46,460 nt of DNA from Gammaproteobacteria bacterium (GTDB lineage: Bacteria > Pseudomonadota > Gammaproteobacteria > JAJDOJ01): positions 1-46,460 of the forward strand of contig JALVEU010000023.1 in NCBI GenBank assembly GCA_027030565.1. Reading direction: 5' to 3'. A model generated the notes under the pieces. That model searched no databases and was not told the origin of the DNA. It worked only from the letters and a program-made list of their open reading frames with translations. A program made the position numbers and the translations under genes. Numbering within the stretch: position 1 is the stretch's first letter; the number at the start of each line of letters is the position of its first letter. Positions 38,473-46,460 of this stretch are shown piece after piece.

Positions 38473-38509
38473 GGCCGTGGAGACCAGGGGACGACCGGTC
38501 TCCACGGCC
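38473..38509 (-). terminator. 13-bp hairpin immediately downstream of degP
   Basis: GGCCGTGGAGACC (38473..38485) pairs with GGTCTCCACGGCC (38497..38509) around an 11-nt loop. No clear U-tract. Confidence 0.4.
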
Positions 38510-38520
38510 TAGCCCGGGGT

Positions 38521-39936
38521 TCACGACTTGGGGAGGGTGAGCGCGAGGAACAACGCCCCATCGTTGCGGCGAATGAGCACGGGAATCGGTTTCCCTTTGG
38601 GCAGTGTCTCGAGCAGCTCGCGCAGCCCCTTGACGCTCTTGACTGGGCGATGGTTCACCGACTCGATGATGTCGCCCTTGCGCAGTCCGGCCTCTGCGGC
38701 GGGCCCACCGGTCACCTCGACCACCCGCACGCCATGGTCTTTCAGGCCCAGCTCCTCACGCTCCTCGGGCGTGAGGTCGGCCACCGTCATGCCGAGCGTG
38801 CCCAGGGTGCCCCGGGCCTGCGCGGTCTTGAGCTTTTCCTCCTTCAGTTCGCGGATGGTGACCTCCACCGTGCGCGGCTTGCCATCGCGCAGGATCTTGA
38901 TCTTCACCCGCTTGCCCACGGGGGTGTTGCCCACGATGGGCGGCAGCTGCCCGGAGGACTCCACCTTGTGCCCGTCGAACTCCAGGATGATGTCGCCGGG
39001 CTGGAGGCGCGCCTCGGAGGCCGGGCTGTCCGGCATCACCTGCGCGATGAGTGCCCCCGTGGGCCGGTCCAGACCGAAGGATTCCGCCAGCTCCTTGGTG
39101 ACCGGCTGGATCAGGACCCCGAGCCAGCCGCGGCTCACATAGCCCTTGGTCTGCAACTGTTTGGCCACGTTCATCGCCACGTTGATGGGGATGGCGAAGG
39201 ACAGGCCCATGTAGCCGCCGGAACGACTGAAGATCTGGGAGTTGATCCCCACCACCTCTCCGTCCCCGTTGATCAGCGGACCGCCCGAGCTGCCGGGGTT
39301 GACGGCCACGTCCGTCTGGATGAAGGGGACATAGCTCTCGCTGGGGAGGTTGCGTCCCAACGCACTGACGATGCCTTGAGTGGCGGAGTATTCAAAGCCG
39401 AAAGGTGCACCGATGGCCAGCACCCATTCGCCCACCTGGAGCTTGTCCGAGTCACCGATGTGGGCGGTGGGCAGGTCCTTGGCGTCGATCTTGATCAGGG
39501 CCACGTCGGTGCGTTCGTCCACACCGATCACCTTGGCCTCCAGCTCGCGCCGGTCGCTGAGGCGCACCAGGATATTATCGGCGTCCTTGACCACGTGGGC
39601 GGCGGTCAGGATATAGCCGTCCTCGGAGATGATGAAGCCGGAACCCAGACCCTGCGTCTTGTGCTCCTGCTTGGGCGCCCCGTGGGGCATCTCGAAGAAC
39701 CGCCGGAAGAACTCGCGGAACGGGCTGTCCTCGGGGAGATCCGGGAACATCTCGGGAGAGATCACCGCCCCGGCGCCTTCCTCGGTCTGCACCGTGCGGA
39801 TGGCCACGACGGCGGAGTGATTCTCCTTGAACAGCTTGGTGAAGTCGGGGATCGTCGCCGCCTGCGCGGCCGCTGCCAACAGAAACAGGCCGGCCAGCAG
39901 CCACCGGCTCGCCGCGGAAGAGGATCGTGTCAGCAC
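38521..39936 (-). CDS. degP: Do/HtrA family periplasmic serine endoprotease (DegP/DegQ/MucD type, two PDZ domains)
   Basis: Signal peptide ...LLAAAAQA. Catalytic triad contexts TAAHVV, DVALIK, GSSGGPL. GTG start with AAGGAG upstream. Confidence 0.93.
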   Translation of the reverse strand: MLTRSSSAASRWLLAGLFLLAAAAQAATIPDFTKLFKENHSAVVAIRTVQTEEGAGAVISPEMFPDLPEDSPFREFFRRFFEMPHGAPKQEHKTQGLGSGFIISEDGYILTAAHVVKDADNILVRLSDRRELEAKVIGVDERTDVALIKIDAKDLPTAHIGDSDKLQVGEWVLAIGAPFGFEYSATQGIVSALGRNLPSESYVPFIQTDVAVNPGSSGGPLINGDGEVVGINSQIFSRSGGYMGLSFAIPINVAMNVAKQLQTKGYVSRGWLGVLIQPVTKELAESFGLDRPTGALIAQVMPDSPASEARLQPGDIILEFDGHKVESSGQLPPIVGNTPVGKRVKIKILRDGKPRTVEVTIRELKEEKLKTAQARGTLGTLGMTVADLTPEEREELGLKDHGVRVVEVTGGPAAEAGLRKGDIIESVNHRPVKSVKGLRELLETLPKGKPIPVLIRRNDGALFLALTLPKS

Positions 39937-40022
39937 GAATGGTGTCTCCTTCTCTTAGGGTGGATTCGTCGGTGTGAATGCGTGCCGGTCTCCATGTCGG
40001 GTGTGCGGGACCGGGGCGGTTG

Positions 40023-40051
40023 TATAGACCCCCTGGTGCCTGGGGTAGTTC
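40023..40051 (-). promoter_or_regulatory. candidate sigma-E (RpoE/AlgU)-type promoter for degP
   Basis: The minus strand reads GAACTA-N17-TCTATA, against consensus GAACTT-N16/17-TCTGA. It lies ~85 nt upstream of the degP GTG. The -35 overlaps the stop codon of the 65-aa ORF. Confidence 0.35.
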
Positions 40052-40247
40052 AAAACCCCTTGAAACGCATGCCGGGCTTGAAGCCGAACAGGGCCTCCAG
40101 ATCGAACTCGACGATGAGTTGGTCCACGGCTGCCTGGCCGTGCTCTCTGTACACCTCGGCGAGGATCAACTTGGCCCCGTTGCGCGTGTAGCCACCTGCA
40201 ACCTGGACTTGTTTGGCGAGCAGTTCGCGTGCCTTGTCGAGGGTCAT
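40050..40247 (-). CDS. hypothetical 65-aa protein
   Basis: MTLDKARELLAKQVQVAGGYTRNGAKLILAEVYREHGQAAVDQLIVEFDLEALFGFKPGMRFKGF. GAGGA lies 6 nt upstream. Composition looks coding. No family recognised. Confidence 0.5.
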   Translation of the reverse strand: MTLDKARELLAKQVQVAGGYTRNGAKLILAEVYREHGQAAVDQLIVEFDLEALFGFKPGMRFKGF

Positions 40248-40260
40248 GATCCGTCCTCTG

Positions 40261-40293
40261 CGCAGACGCAGAACGGGGCGGTTGCCCGCCCCG
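40261..40293 (-). terminator. hairpin terminator downstream of the phosphofructokinase gene
   Basis: 9-bp stem ACGGGGCGG/CCGCCCCGT (40272..40280 / 40285..40293) with a 4-nt loop, followed on the minus strand by TTCTG. The U-tract is weak. Confidence 0.45.
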
Positions 40294-40303
40294 TCCCGTG
40301 ACT

Positions 40304-41566
40304 TCAGAGTTCGAAGTCCGTACCCAGAATCTTGGGTACCGGTGCGTTCTTCAGCGTGACGTAGCGCGGGAATCCGTTGTCACCGTAGGGGGGGTAGTCC
40401 TCACCCCGGATGAGCGGATAGAGGTACTCCCGGCAGGCGTCGGTGATGCCGAAGCCGTCGTCGGTGATGAAGTCTTTGGGCATGAACTTCTCTACGTTGG
40501 CCACTTCGGACAGGGGCGCTTGTCCCACCTCCCAGCGGTAGGGATCGCTGGAGGTGCGCACGATGGTGGGCATGATGGCGTTGGCGCCTTCCAGAGCGAA
40601 CTCCACTGCCGCCTTGCCCATGGCGTAGGCCTGCTCCACGTCGGTCTTCGAGGCCAGGTGGCGCGCCGCGCGCTGCAGATAGTCGGCCACCGCCCAGTGG
40701 AACTTGTAGCCCAAGGCGTCCTTGATCATATTGGCGACCACGGGTGCCGCACCCCCGAGCTGCGCATGCCCGAAGGCGTCCCGCGTGCCTTGCTCGGCCA
40801 GGAATTTGCCGTCGGGCCACTTGGCCCCCTCGGAGACCACCACGGTGCAGTAGTCGTATTTCTCCACGTTCTGGCGGACCCTGGCGAGGAAGCGCTCCTT
40901 GTCGAACTCCACCTCCGGGAACAGCACCACCACCGGGATGCCCTGATCAGCCACCAGACCACCAGCAGCGGCGATCCAGCCCGCATGGCGGCCCATCACC
41001 TCGATGACGAAGATCTTGGTGGATGTCTTGGCCATGGAGCGTACGTCGAAGGACGCCTCCAGGGTGGACACGGCGATGTACTTGGCCACCGATCCGAATC
41101 CGGGGCAGTTGTCGGTGATGGGTAGATCGTTGTCCACGGTCTTGGGCACGTGGATCGCCTGGATCGGGAAGCCCATCCGCTCCGAGAGCTGCGAGACCTT
41201 GTGGCAGGTGTCGGCCGAATCGCCGCCGCCGTTGTAGAAGAAGTAACCGATGTTGTGGGCCTTGAAGACCTCCATCAGGCGCTCGTACTGGCGGCGGTTC
41301 TCTTCCAGGCTCTTGAGCTTGTAGCGGCAGGAGCCGAAGGCCCCAGAGGGGGTGTGACGCAACGCGGCGATGGCCTCGTCGGATTCCTGGCTGGTGTCGA
41401 TGAGGTCTTCGAGCAGGGCGCCGATGATCCCGTTGCGTCCTGCGTAGACCTTGCCGATCTTGTCGGGATGCCTGCGGGCCGTCTCGATCACACCGCAGGC
41501 CGAGGCGTTGATCACGGCGGTGACCCCGCCGGACTGGGCATAAAAGGCGTTTTTCGGTTCGCTCAT
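40304..41566 (-). CDS. pfp: 6-phosphofructokinase, probably pyrophosphate-dependent (PPi-PFK)
   Basis: FYAQSGGVTAVINAS..., NGGGDSADT and PKTVDNDL motifs, MGRHAGW. 420 aa. Asp and Lys sit at the two positions that distinguish PPi- from ATP-dependent enzymes. Confidence 0.85.
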   Translation of the reverse strand: MSEPKNAFYAQSGGVTAVINASACGVIETARRHPDKIGKVYAGRNGIIGALLEDLIDTSQESDEAIAALRHTPSGAFGSCRYKLKSLEENRRQYERLMEVFKAHNIGYFFYNGGGDSADTCHKVSQLSERMGFPIQAIHVPKTVDNDLPITDNCPGFGSVAKYIAVSTLEASFDVRSMAKTSTKIFVIEVMGRHAGWIAAAGGLVADQGIPVVVLFPEVEFDKERFLARVRQNVEKYDYCTVVVSEGAKWPDGKFLAEQGTRDAFGHAQLGGAAPVVANMIKDALGYKFHWAVADYLQRAARHLASKTDVEQAYAMGKAAVEFALEGANAIMPTIVRTSSDPYRWEVGQAPLSEVANVEKFMPKDFITDDGFGITDACREYLYPLIRGEDYPPYGDNGFPRYVTLKNAPVPKILGTDFEL

Positions 41567-41634
41567 GGATCTCCCCTCGATTCAAGGTCTGTATGTACGT
41601 CTTGCAGAAACTCGGCCGGGCACAAAGCGGGTGT

Positions 41635-42003
41635 TCACTTGCCGCCGCCCCCCTCGATCCCGGCCTCGCGCGTCAATACCGCGTCGGCCTGCGCGCGCAA
41701 CAGGGTCACTGCACACTCGGCGGGATCGTCGAATTCGTGGCGTTGAGGGGCGTACTGATCCAGGTCGCTGGAGTGGAAGAACTGGCAACGATAGCGCCGC
41801 TCCCCGGTCTTGGCGATGACGAAATTCCAGCCGTCCATGTGCCAGAACAGCGCCGGACAGCTGGTCAGTCCCTCCCGTTCAGGGTCCAGTTTGATTTCCA
41901 CGTCTGCCGGCACCAGCTCCACCTTACCCCGTCCCCAGCGCTCGTCGCACGCGCTTTGGATGGCCCATTTCTCGGTGGCGGTGAAGTCCGGGATCGAGCT
42001 CAT
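41635..42003 (-). CDS. hypothetical 122-aa protein
   Basis: Internal ATG 42003 (GGAG ~10 nt upstream) of the long track ORF. MSSIPDFTATEKWAIQSACDERWGRGKVELVPADVEIKLDPEREGLTSCPALFWHMDGWNFVIAKTGERRYRCQFF... No family recognised. Confidence 0.55.
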   Translation of the reverse strand: MSSIPDFTATEKWAIQSACDERWGRGKVELVPADVEIKLDPEREGLTSCPALFWHMDGWNFVIAKTGERRYRCQFFHSSDLDQYAPQRHEFDDPAECAVTLLRAQADAVLTREAGIEGGGGK

Positions 42004-42061
42004 GGATTCGCGCTCCAAACAAACATCCAAGAATACCGTAAAGGTCCCGGTGCCGGTATAA

Positions 42062-42835
<774 letters not shown>

Positions 42836-42861
42836 GCCGCCCGAGACCGGCACGTCTTCTG

Positions 42862-42896
42862 GAGGCCCCGGTGTACACTGGGGCCTTCTTGTTTCT
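42862..42896 (+). terminator. rho-independent terminator of adk
   Basis: Stem AGGCCCC/GGGGCCT (42863..42869 / 42880..42886) with a 10-nt loop, followed by TCTTGTTTCT. Confidence 0.55.
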
Positions 42897-42925
42897 AGAG
42901 GGCGCGAGGGGCATCGCCCGCTGCG

Positions 42926-44920
42926 ATGGCGCACAGCTCGGTCTTCTATGCGATCCTCCTCCTGCTCGGCCTCTCGGTCCTGGCCGTCTCCGCCGCCCGG
43001 CGGATCCACCTGCCCCCGATCCTCGCTTATCTCCTGGTCGGGGCCCTGGCCGGGCCGCATGGCGTGGGTCTGGCGCCACCCCCGCAGGACCTGCATCTGC
43101 TCGCCGAGGTGGGGGTGGTCTTCCTGCTTTTCTCCATTGGCCTGGAGTTCTCTCTCACCCAGTTCCTGGCCATGCGCGGAACGCTGCTCGGGCTGGGCGG
43201 TGCGCAGGTGATCCTATCCACCGGACTGCTTGGACTGGTCGTCCATGCCCTGGGCATGTCGTGGTCACTGTCTTGGGTCATCGGCGGCATGCTGGCGATG
43301 TCGTCCACTGCCATCGTCATCAAGCAGCTCACCGAGCAGTTGGAGCTGCACTCCCGGCACGGCCATCTGGCCGTGGCCATCCTCCTGTTCCAGGACTTGG
43401 CGGTGGTGCCCCTGTTGGTGGTGATCCCCATCCTCGGTGCGGAGAGTGGTGGGGAACTGGCCCAGCCGTTGATCGTCGCCCTGCTCAAGGGCGTGCTCGC
43501 CATGGGGCTGCTCCTGGTGGTGGGGCGCAGGGTCCTGCGGCCGGCCTTTCATCTGGTGGCCGCCCAGGGCTCCATCGAGCTGTTCACCCTGACGGCCCTG
43601 TTCGTGGCCCTGGCGGCGGCTGCGCTCACGCAGGTGCTGGGACTCTCCCTGGCCCTGGGCGCCTTTCTCGCCGGCATGGTGCTCGCGGAAACGGAGTTCC
43701 GCCATCAGGTGGACTCGGAGATCCGGCCTTTCAAGGACGTGCTGCTGGGCATCTTCTTCATCTACGTGGGACTGCACCTGGATCTGCCCGCCCTGTGGCA
43801 CGATCCATGGCCAACCCTCGTGCTCCTGCTCGCCCTGGTGCTGGGCAAGGCCGCAGTGGTTCTTGTGCTGGTACGGTTGCACGGATACAACACCGGCGTC
43901 GCGCTGCGCACGGGCTTGGTGCTGGCCCAGGGAGGCGAGTTCGGTTTCGCGGCGCTGGCCCTGGCGCTCAGCCACGGAGTCATCTCCCCGGAGCAGGCGC
44001 AACCCGTGTTGGCGGCCATCGTGTCGAGCATGTTCCTGGCGCCGGTGCTCATCCGCCACAACGGTCGTCTGGCCAAGCGCTTCTGTGGTACCGGATACCT
44101 GCGCCTGCGGGAGGAGGAGGCCGAGGCCATCCGGCAACAGGCCGCGCGCATGGCGGGGCACGTGATTCTGTGCGGATTCGGGCGCATCGGTCAGCACTTG
44201 GCGCGTTTCCTCACGGAGGAGGGTTTCCAGTACGTGGCCATGGACCTCGATCCTGCGCTGGTGCGTGAGGCCTGGGACGCCGGTGAGCCCGTGTTCTACG
44301 GCGACTGTACGCACCGGGAAGTGCTGGAGGCCGCCGGGCTCGACCGCGCCCGTGTGCTTGTGGTGACGGCCGACGAGCCCCTGGCCGCCGAGCGCGTCCT
44401 GCGTCTGGTCCGTGCGCTGCGCCCGGCGTTACCGGTACTGGTCCGCACGCGGGACGATGCGCACCTGGACCGGCTGGAGGCGGCCGGTGCCACCGAGGTG
44501 GTACCGGAGACCCTGGAGGCCAGCATGATGATGGCCGACCACGTGTTGAAGCGGCTCGGTGTGCCGGAGGAGGAGATCCTGCGCTTGATCCACAAGGCGC
44601 GCACCGACCACTATGCAGTCCTGCGCGGCCGTTTCCATGGCGAGGAGCCCGAGTCCATAGAAGAGGAGGACGCTTATCACCTGCACACCGTGCGCTTGCA
44701 GCAGGGTGCCTGGGCCGTGGGCCGACCCATCCGCGCCCTCGGCCTGAGCGACTGTGGTGCCCGTGTGGCGGCATTGCGCCGGGGCACGGTGCGTGGTGAC
44801 TGGCCTTCGGACGATCTGGTGCTCTCGGAAGGCGACGCCGTGGTGCTCATGGGGGCGCCCAAGGCCTTGGAATGCGCCGAGGCCCGTCTCCTGGGAGGCC
44901 CTCGCGGTCAGCAGCAATAA
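42926..44920 (+). CDS. monovalent cation:proton antiporter-2 (CPA2) family protein, KefB/KefC/YbaL type with RCK N and C domains
   Basis: ~12 TM helices (LAEVGVVFLLFSIGLEFSL...), then ILCGFGRIGQHLA (Rossmann GxGxxG, TrkA-N) and a C-terminal TrkA-C-like segment. Confidence 0.9.
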   Translation: MAHSSVFYAILLLLGLSVLAVSAARRIHLPPILAYLLVGALAGPHGVGLAPPPQDLHLLAEVGVVFLLFSIGLEFSLTQFLAMRGTLLGLGGAQVILSTGLLGLVVHALGMSWSLSWVIGGMLAMSSTAIVIKQLTEQLELHSRHGHLAVAILLFQDLAVVPLLVVIPILGAESGGELAQPLIVALLKGVLAMGLLLVVGRRVLRPAFHLVAAQGSIELFTLTALFVALAAAALTQVLGLSLALGAFLAGMVLAETEFRHQVDSEIRPFKDVLLGIFFIYVGLHLDLPALWHDPWPTLVLLLALVLGKAAVVLVLVRLHGYNTGVALRTGLVLAQGGEFGFAALALALSHGVISPEQAQPVLAAIVSSMFLAPVLIRHNGRLAKRFCGTGYLRLREEEAEAIRQQAARMAGHVILCGFGRIGQHLARFLTEEGFQYVAMDLDPALVREAWDAGEPVFYGDCTHREVLEAAGLDRARVLVVTADEPLAAERVLRLVRALRPALPVLVRTRDDAHLDRLEAAGATEVVPETLEASMMMADHVLKRLGVPEEEILRLIHKARTDHYAVLRGRFHGEEPESIEEEDAYHLHTVRLQQGAWAVGRPIRALGLSDCGARVAALRRGTVRGDWPSDDLVLSEGDAVVLMGAPKALECAEARLLGGPRGQQQ

Positions 44921-44923
44921 CCG

Positions 44924-45259
44924 GTGAAATCTTGGATCCCGTTGCTCCTGCTGCTGGCAGTCGCCGCCTTCTGGTTCGACACCATGCGGGCCCGCGAGGC
45001 GGCGCTGCGGCGGGTGGGTGCACTGTGCCGTGACATGGGCTTGCAGCTGCTCGACGAGACCGTGCACTTCGTCTCGATTTGGCCTTGCCGCGGGCGGGAC
45101 GGGTGGCTGCGCCTATGCCGGCGCTACCGCTTCGAGTTCAGCGTGCATGCCGTGGATCGTCACCAGGGCGACGTGGTGATCGAGGGCCATCGGGTGGTCT
45201 CCATACGTCTGGAGCATCCCGAGGGGCCGGTGCTGATCGGACGGGACTCCATGCAATGA
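44924..45259 (+). CDS. DUF3301 family small membrane protein
   Basis: GTG start 3 nt after the antiporter TAA. N-terminal TM helix, then AREAALRRVGALCRDMGLQLLDETV...CRRYRFEFSVHAVDRHQGDVV, the pattern I associate with DUF3301. Confidence 0.65.
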   Translation: MKSWIPLLLLLAVAAFWFDTMRAREAALRRVGALCRDMGLQLLDETVHFVSIWPCRGRDGWLRLCRRYRFEFSVHAVDRHQGDVVIEGHRVVSIRLEHPEGPVLIGRDSMQ

Positions 45260-45293
45260 CGGGGTCCAGGCACAGTCTGATCCCAGGACGGTA

Positions 45294-45338
45294 TGTGAAA
45301 TATTTCACATTTTTGCCCAACGTCGGGCCGGGTATAAT
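45294..45338 (+). promoter_or_regulatory. perfect CRP-consensus palindrome plus TATAAT -10 (class II-like activator-dependent promoter) upstream of the lipoprotein gene
   Basis: TGTGAAATATTTCACA (45294..45309) is a 16-nt perfect palindrome matching TGTGA-N6-TCACA. TATAAT sits at 45333..45338. There is no -35 hexamer. The site centre lies ~42 nt upstream of the predicted start point. Confidence 0.5.
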
Positions 45339-45403
45339 CCGCCTGCGTGGTCCCGGATGTCTCGGGGCCGGTCTCAAAGACATGCCAGATTGGGGGGTTC
45401 GAT

Positions 45404-45676
45404 ATGATACAGATTCACGGGATCCGGCCGCTTACGCTCGCGTCGTGCATGGCGGCCCTGGCGCTGCTGGCGGGGTGCGCCTCCACCAAGCAGCTCGAAG
45501 AGCTCGCCCAGCGCGTGGAGGCGGTGGAGGCCGACACGGCAGCCGCCAAGCAAACCGCCGACGAGGCGTTGAGCGAGGCGCGCGCAGCCAAGGGTCTGGC
45601 CGAGGATGCGGCCCAGTGCTGCGTGGACACCAATGCCAAGATCGACCGGCTGTTCTATCGCAGCCAGATGAAATGA
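45404..45676 (+). CDS. Lpp/OprI-like alanine-zipper outer-membrane lipoprotein with C-terminal Lys
   Basis: Lipobox LALLAGC, then a coiled coil (KQTADEALSEARAAK, compare OprI ADEALGAAQKAQQTADEA) ending ...YRSQMK. ATG 45404 has a G-rich RBS. Confidence 0.75.
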   Translation: MIQIHGIRPLTLASCMAALALLAGCASTKQLEELAQRVEAVEADTAAAKQTADEALSEARAAKGLAEDAAQCCVDTNAKIDRLFYRSQMK

Positions 45677-45681
45677 ACATG

Positions 45682-45718
45682 GCGGGGATGGTGAGACGGC
45701 CCCCACCATCCCCGCTTT
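45682..45718. terminator. bidirectional hairpin terminator between the lipoprotein and L,D-transpeptidase genes
   Basis: 12-bp perfect stem GCGGGGATGGTG/CACCATCCCCGC (45682..45693 / 45704..45715) with a 10-nt loop, then TTT. Confidence 0.7.
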
Positions 45719-45721
45719 CGA

Positions 45722-46460
45722 TCAGAAAAGCCCCGGGTCGCGGGCTGCGGGCCCGCGGCTTCGGTTCGCCTCGATCAGTTCATCGCCGGTTCGGCTCACC
45801 ACCACCGGGATCCCGCTGGGGTTGGCGGCGAGGCGCCGCACCAGGCTCCAGTCCACCTCCACGTCCGGGTGCCCTTGAAGCGCCCGGCTCACCACGCGTA
45901 CCGCCTCGGTGAGGTCCAACGGGCCGTCCTTCTTGTCCAGGGGCGGATGCGCCTCCAGATAGAGCTCGCCGTTTCGCCAGCCCCCCTTGAAGGGCTGGTC
46001 CACGAGCCGTACCGGCAGGTTGACCGGGACGCGCCGGAACAGGTCCTCGATGTCCTCCGGGAACAGGCGGATGCAGCCATGCGTCACCTGCATGCCGATG
46101 CCGTCCGGCTTGTTGGTGCCATGGATGAGGTAACCAGGCAGGCCGAGGCGCAGGGCATACCGGCCGAGCGGATTGTCGGGGCCAGGTGGCACCACAGGGG
46201 GTAGCGGGTCGCCGCGGGCGGCGTGTTCCTCCCGAATGGACTTGGGTGGGCGCCAGCTGGGATTTCTGATCTTGCGGACGATGCGCGTGAGGCCCAGCGG
46301 GGTATGCCAGTTACGGCGTCCGACACTGATCGGGTAGGTGATCACGCGGGCCGGCTCCCCCTTGCGGGGTTTGGGATAGTAGTACAGGCGCATCTCCGGG
46401 ATATTGACGACGATGCCCTGGCGGGGTGCGTCGGGCAAGACGTAGCGGGTCGGCAGGATG
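45722..46460 (-). CDS. L,D-transpeptidase (YkuD domain, ErfK/YbiS/YcfS-like), 5' end outside the window
   Basis: YLIHGTNKPDGIGMQVTHGCIRLFPEDI is the catalytic His/Cys motif. The frame stays open past the track start to base 46460 (...ILPTRYVLPDAPRQ). Confidence 0.88.
   Translation of the reverse strand, partial: ILPTRYVLPDAPRQGIVVNIPEMRLYYYPKPRKGEPARVITYPISVGRRNWHTPLGLTRIVRKIRNPSWRPPKSIREEHAARGDPLPPVVPPGPDNPLGRYALRLGLPGYLIHGTNKPDGIGMQVTHGCIRLFPEDIEDLFRRVPVNLPVRLVDQPFKGGWRNGELYLEAHPPLDKKDGPLDLTEAVRVVSRALQGHPDVEVDWSLVRRLAANPSGIPVVVSRTGDELIEANRSRGPAARDPGLF

Overview
Visibly GC-rich chromosomal segment with gammaproteobacterial-type gene order. It is densely coding, and many neighbouring genes overlap by 1-7 nt.

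The core (20.4-35.7 kb) is the conserved housekeeping block glnD-map / rpsB-tsf-pyrH-frr-uppS-cdsA-dxr-rseP-bamA-skp-fabZ-lpxA. Its order is Pseudomonas-like, but lpxD is absent between skp and fabZ, and lpxB/rnhB/dnaE are absent after lpxA.

Left of the core, in order:
- a truncated SMC/Rad50-like ATPase that is missing from the ORF track, with two tiny upstream ORFs
- a 33-aa membrane peptide, a PilZ protein and an AlgH-like protein
- a histidine phosphatase fused by overlap to a Znu/Tro-type metal ABC transporter
- creatininase-family and CoA-binding proteins
- a tightly packed minus-strand operon (tmcA, DUF2269, polX, SDR, thioredoxin-like, small unknown)
- two pairs of GT4 glycosyltransferases separated by rimO, ribosomal protein THX and a NUDIX hydrolase

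Right of the core, in order:
- a hemerythrin-like protein, YjbQ, a tail-anchored ExeA-like ATPase and DegP/MucD
- a PPi-type phosphofructokinase flanked by two orphan small proteins, then adk
- a KefB/YbaL-type antiporter coupled to a DUF3301 protein
- an Lpp/OprI-like lipoprotein behind a perfect CRP-type palindrome, and a truncated L,D-transpeptidase

I found no rRNA, tRNA, CRISPR array, transposase, integrase or phage genes. I cannot point to a convincing complete novel multi-gene system. The best leads are the edge-truncated Rad50-like locus, the ExeA-like/YjbQ pair, the KefB-DUF3301 pair, the small Cys-rich peptide and the CRP-site/Lpp/Ldt locus. All family calls come from motif recognition by eye, with no database searches. 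Start codons were chosen by RBS, overlap or homologue alignment and may be off by a few codons.
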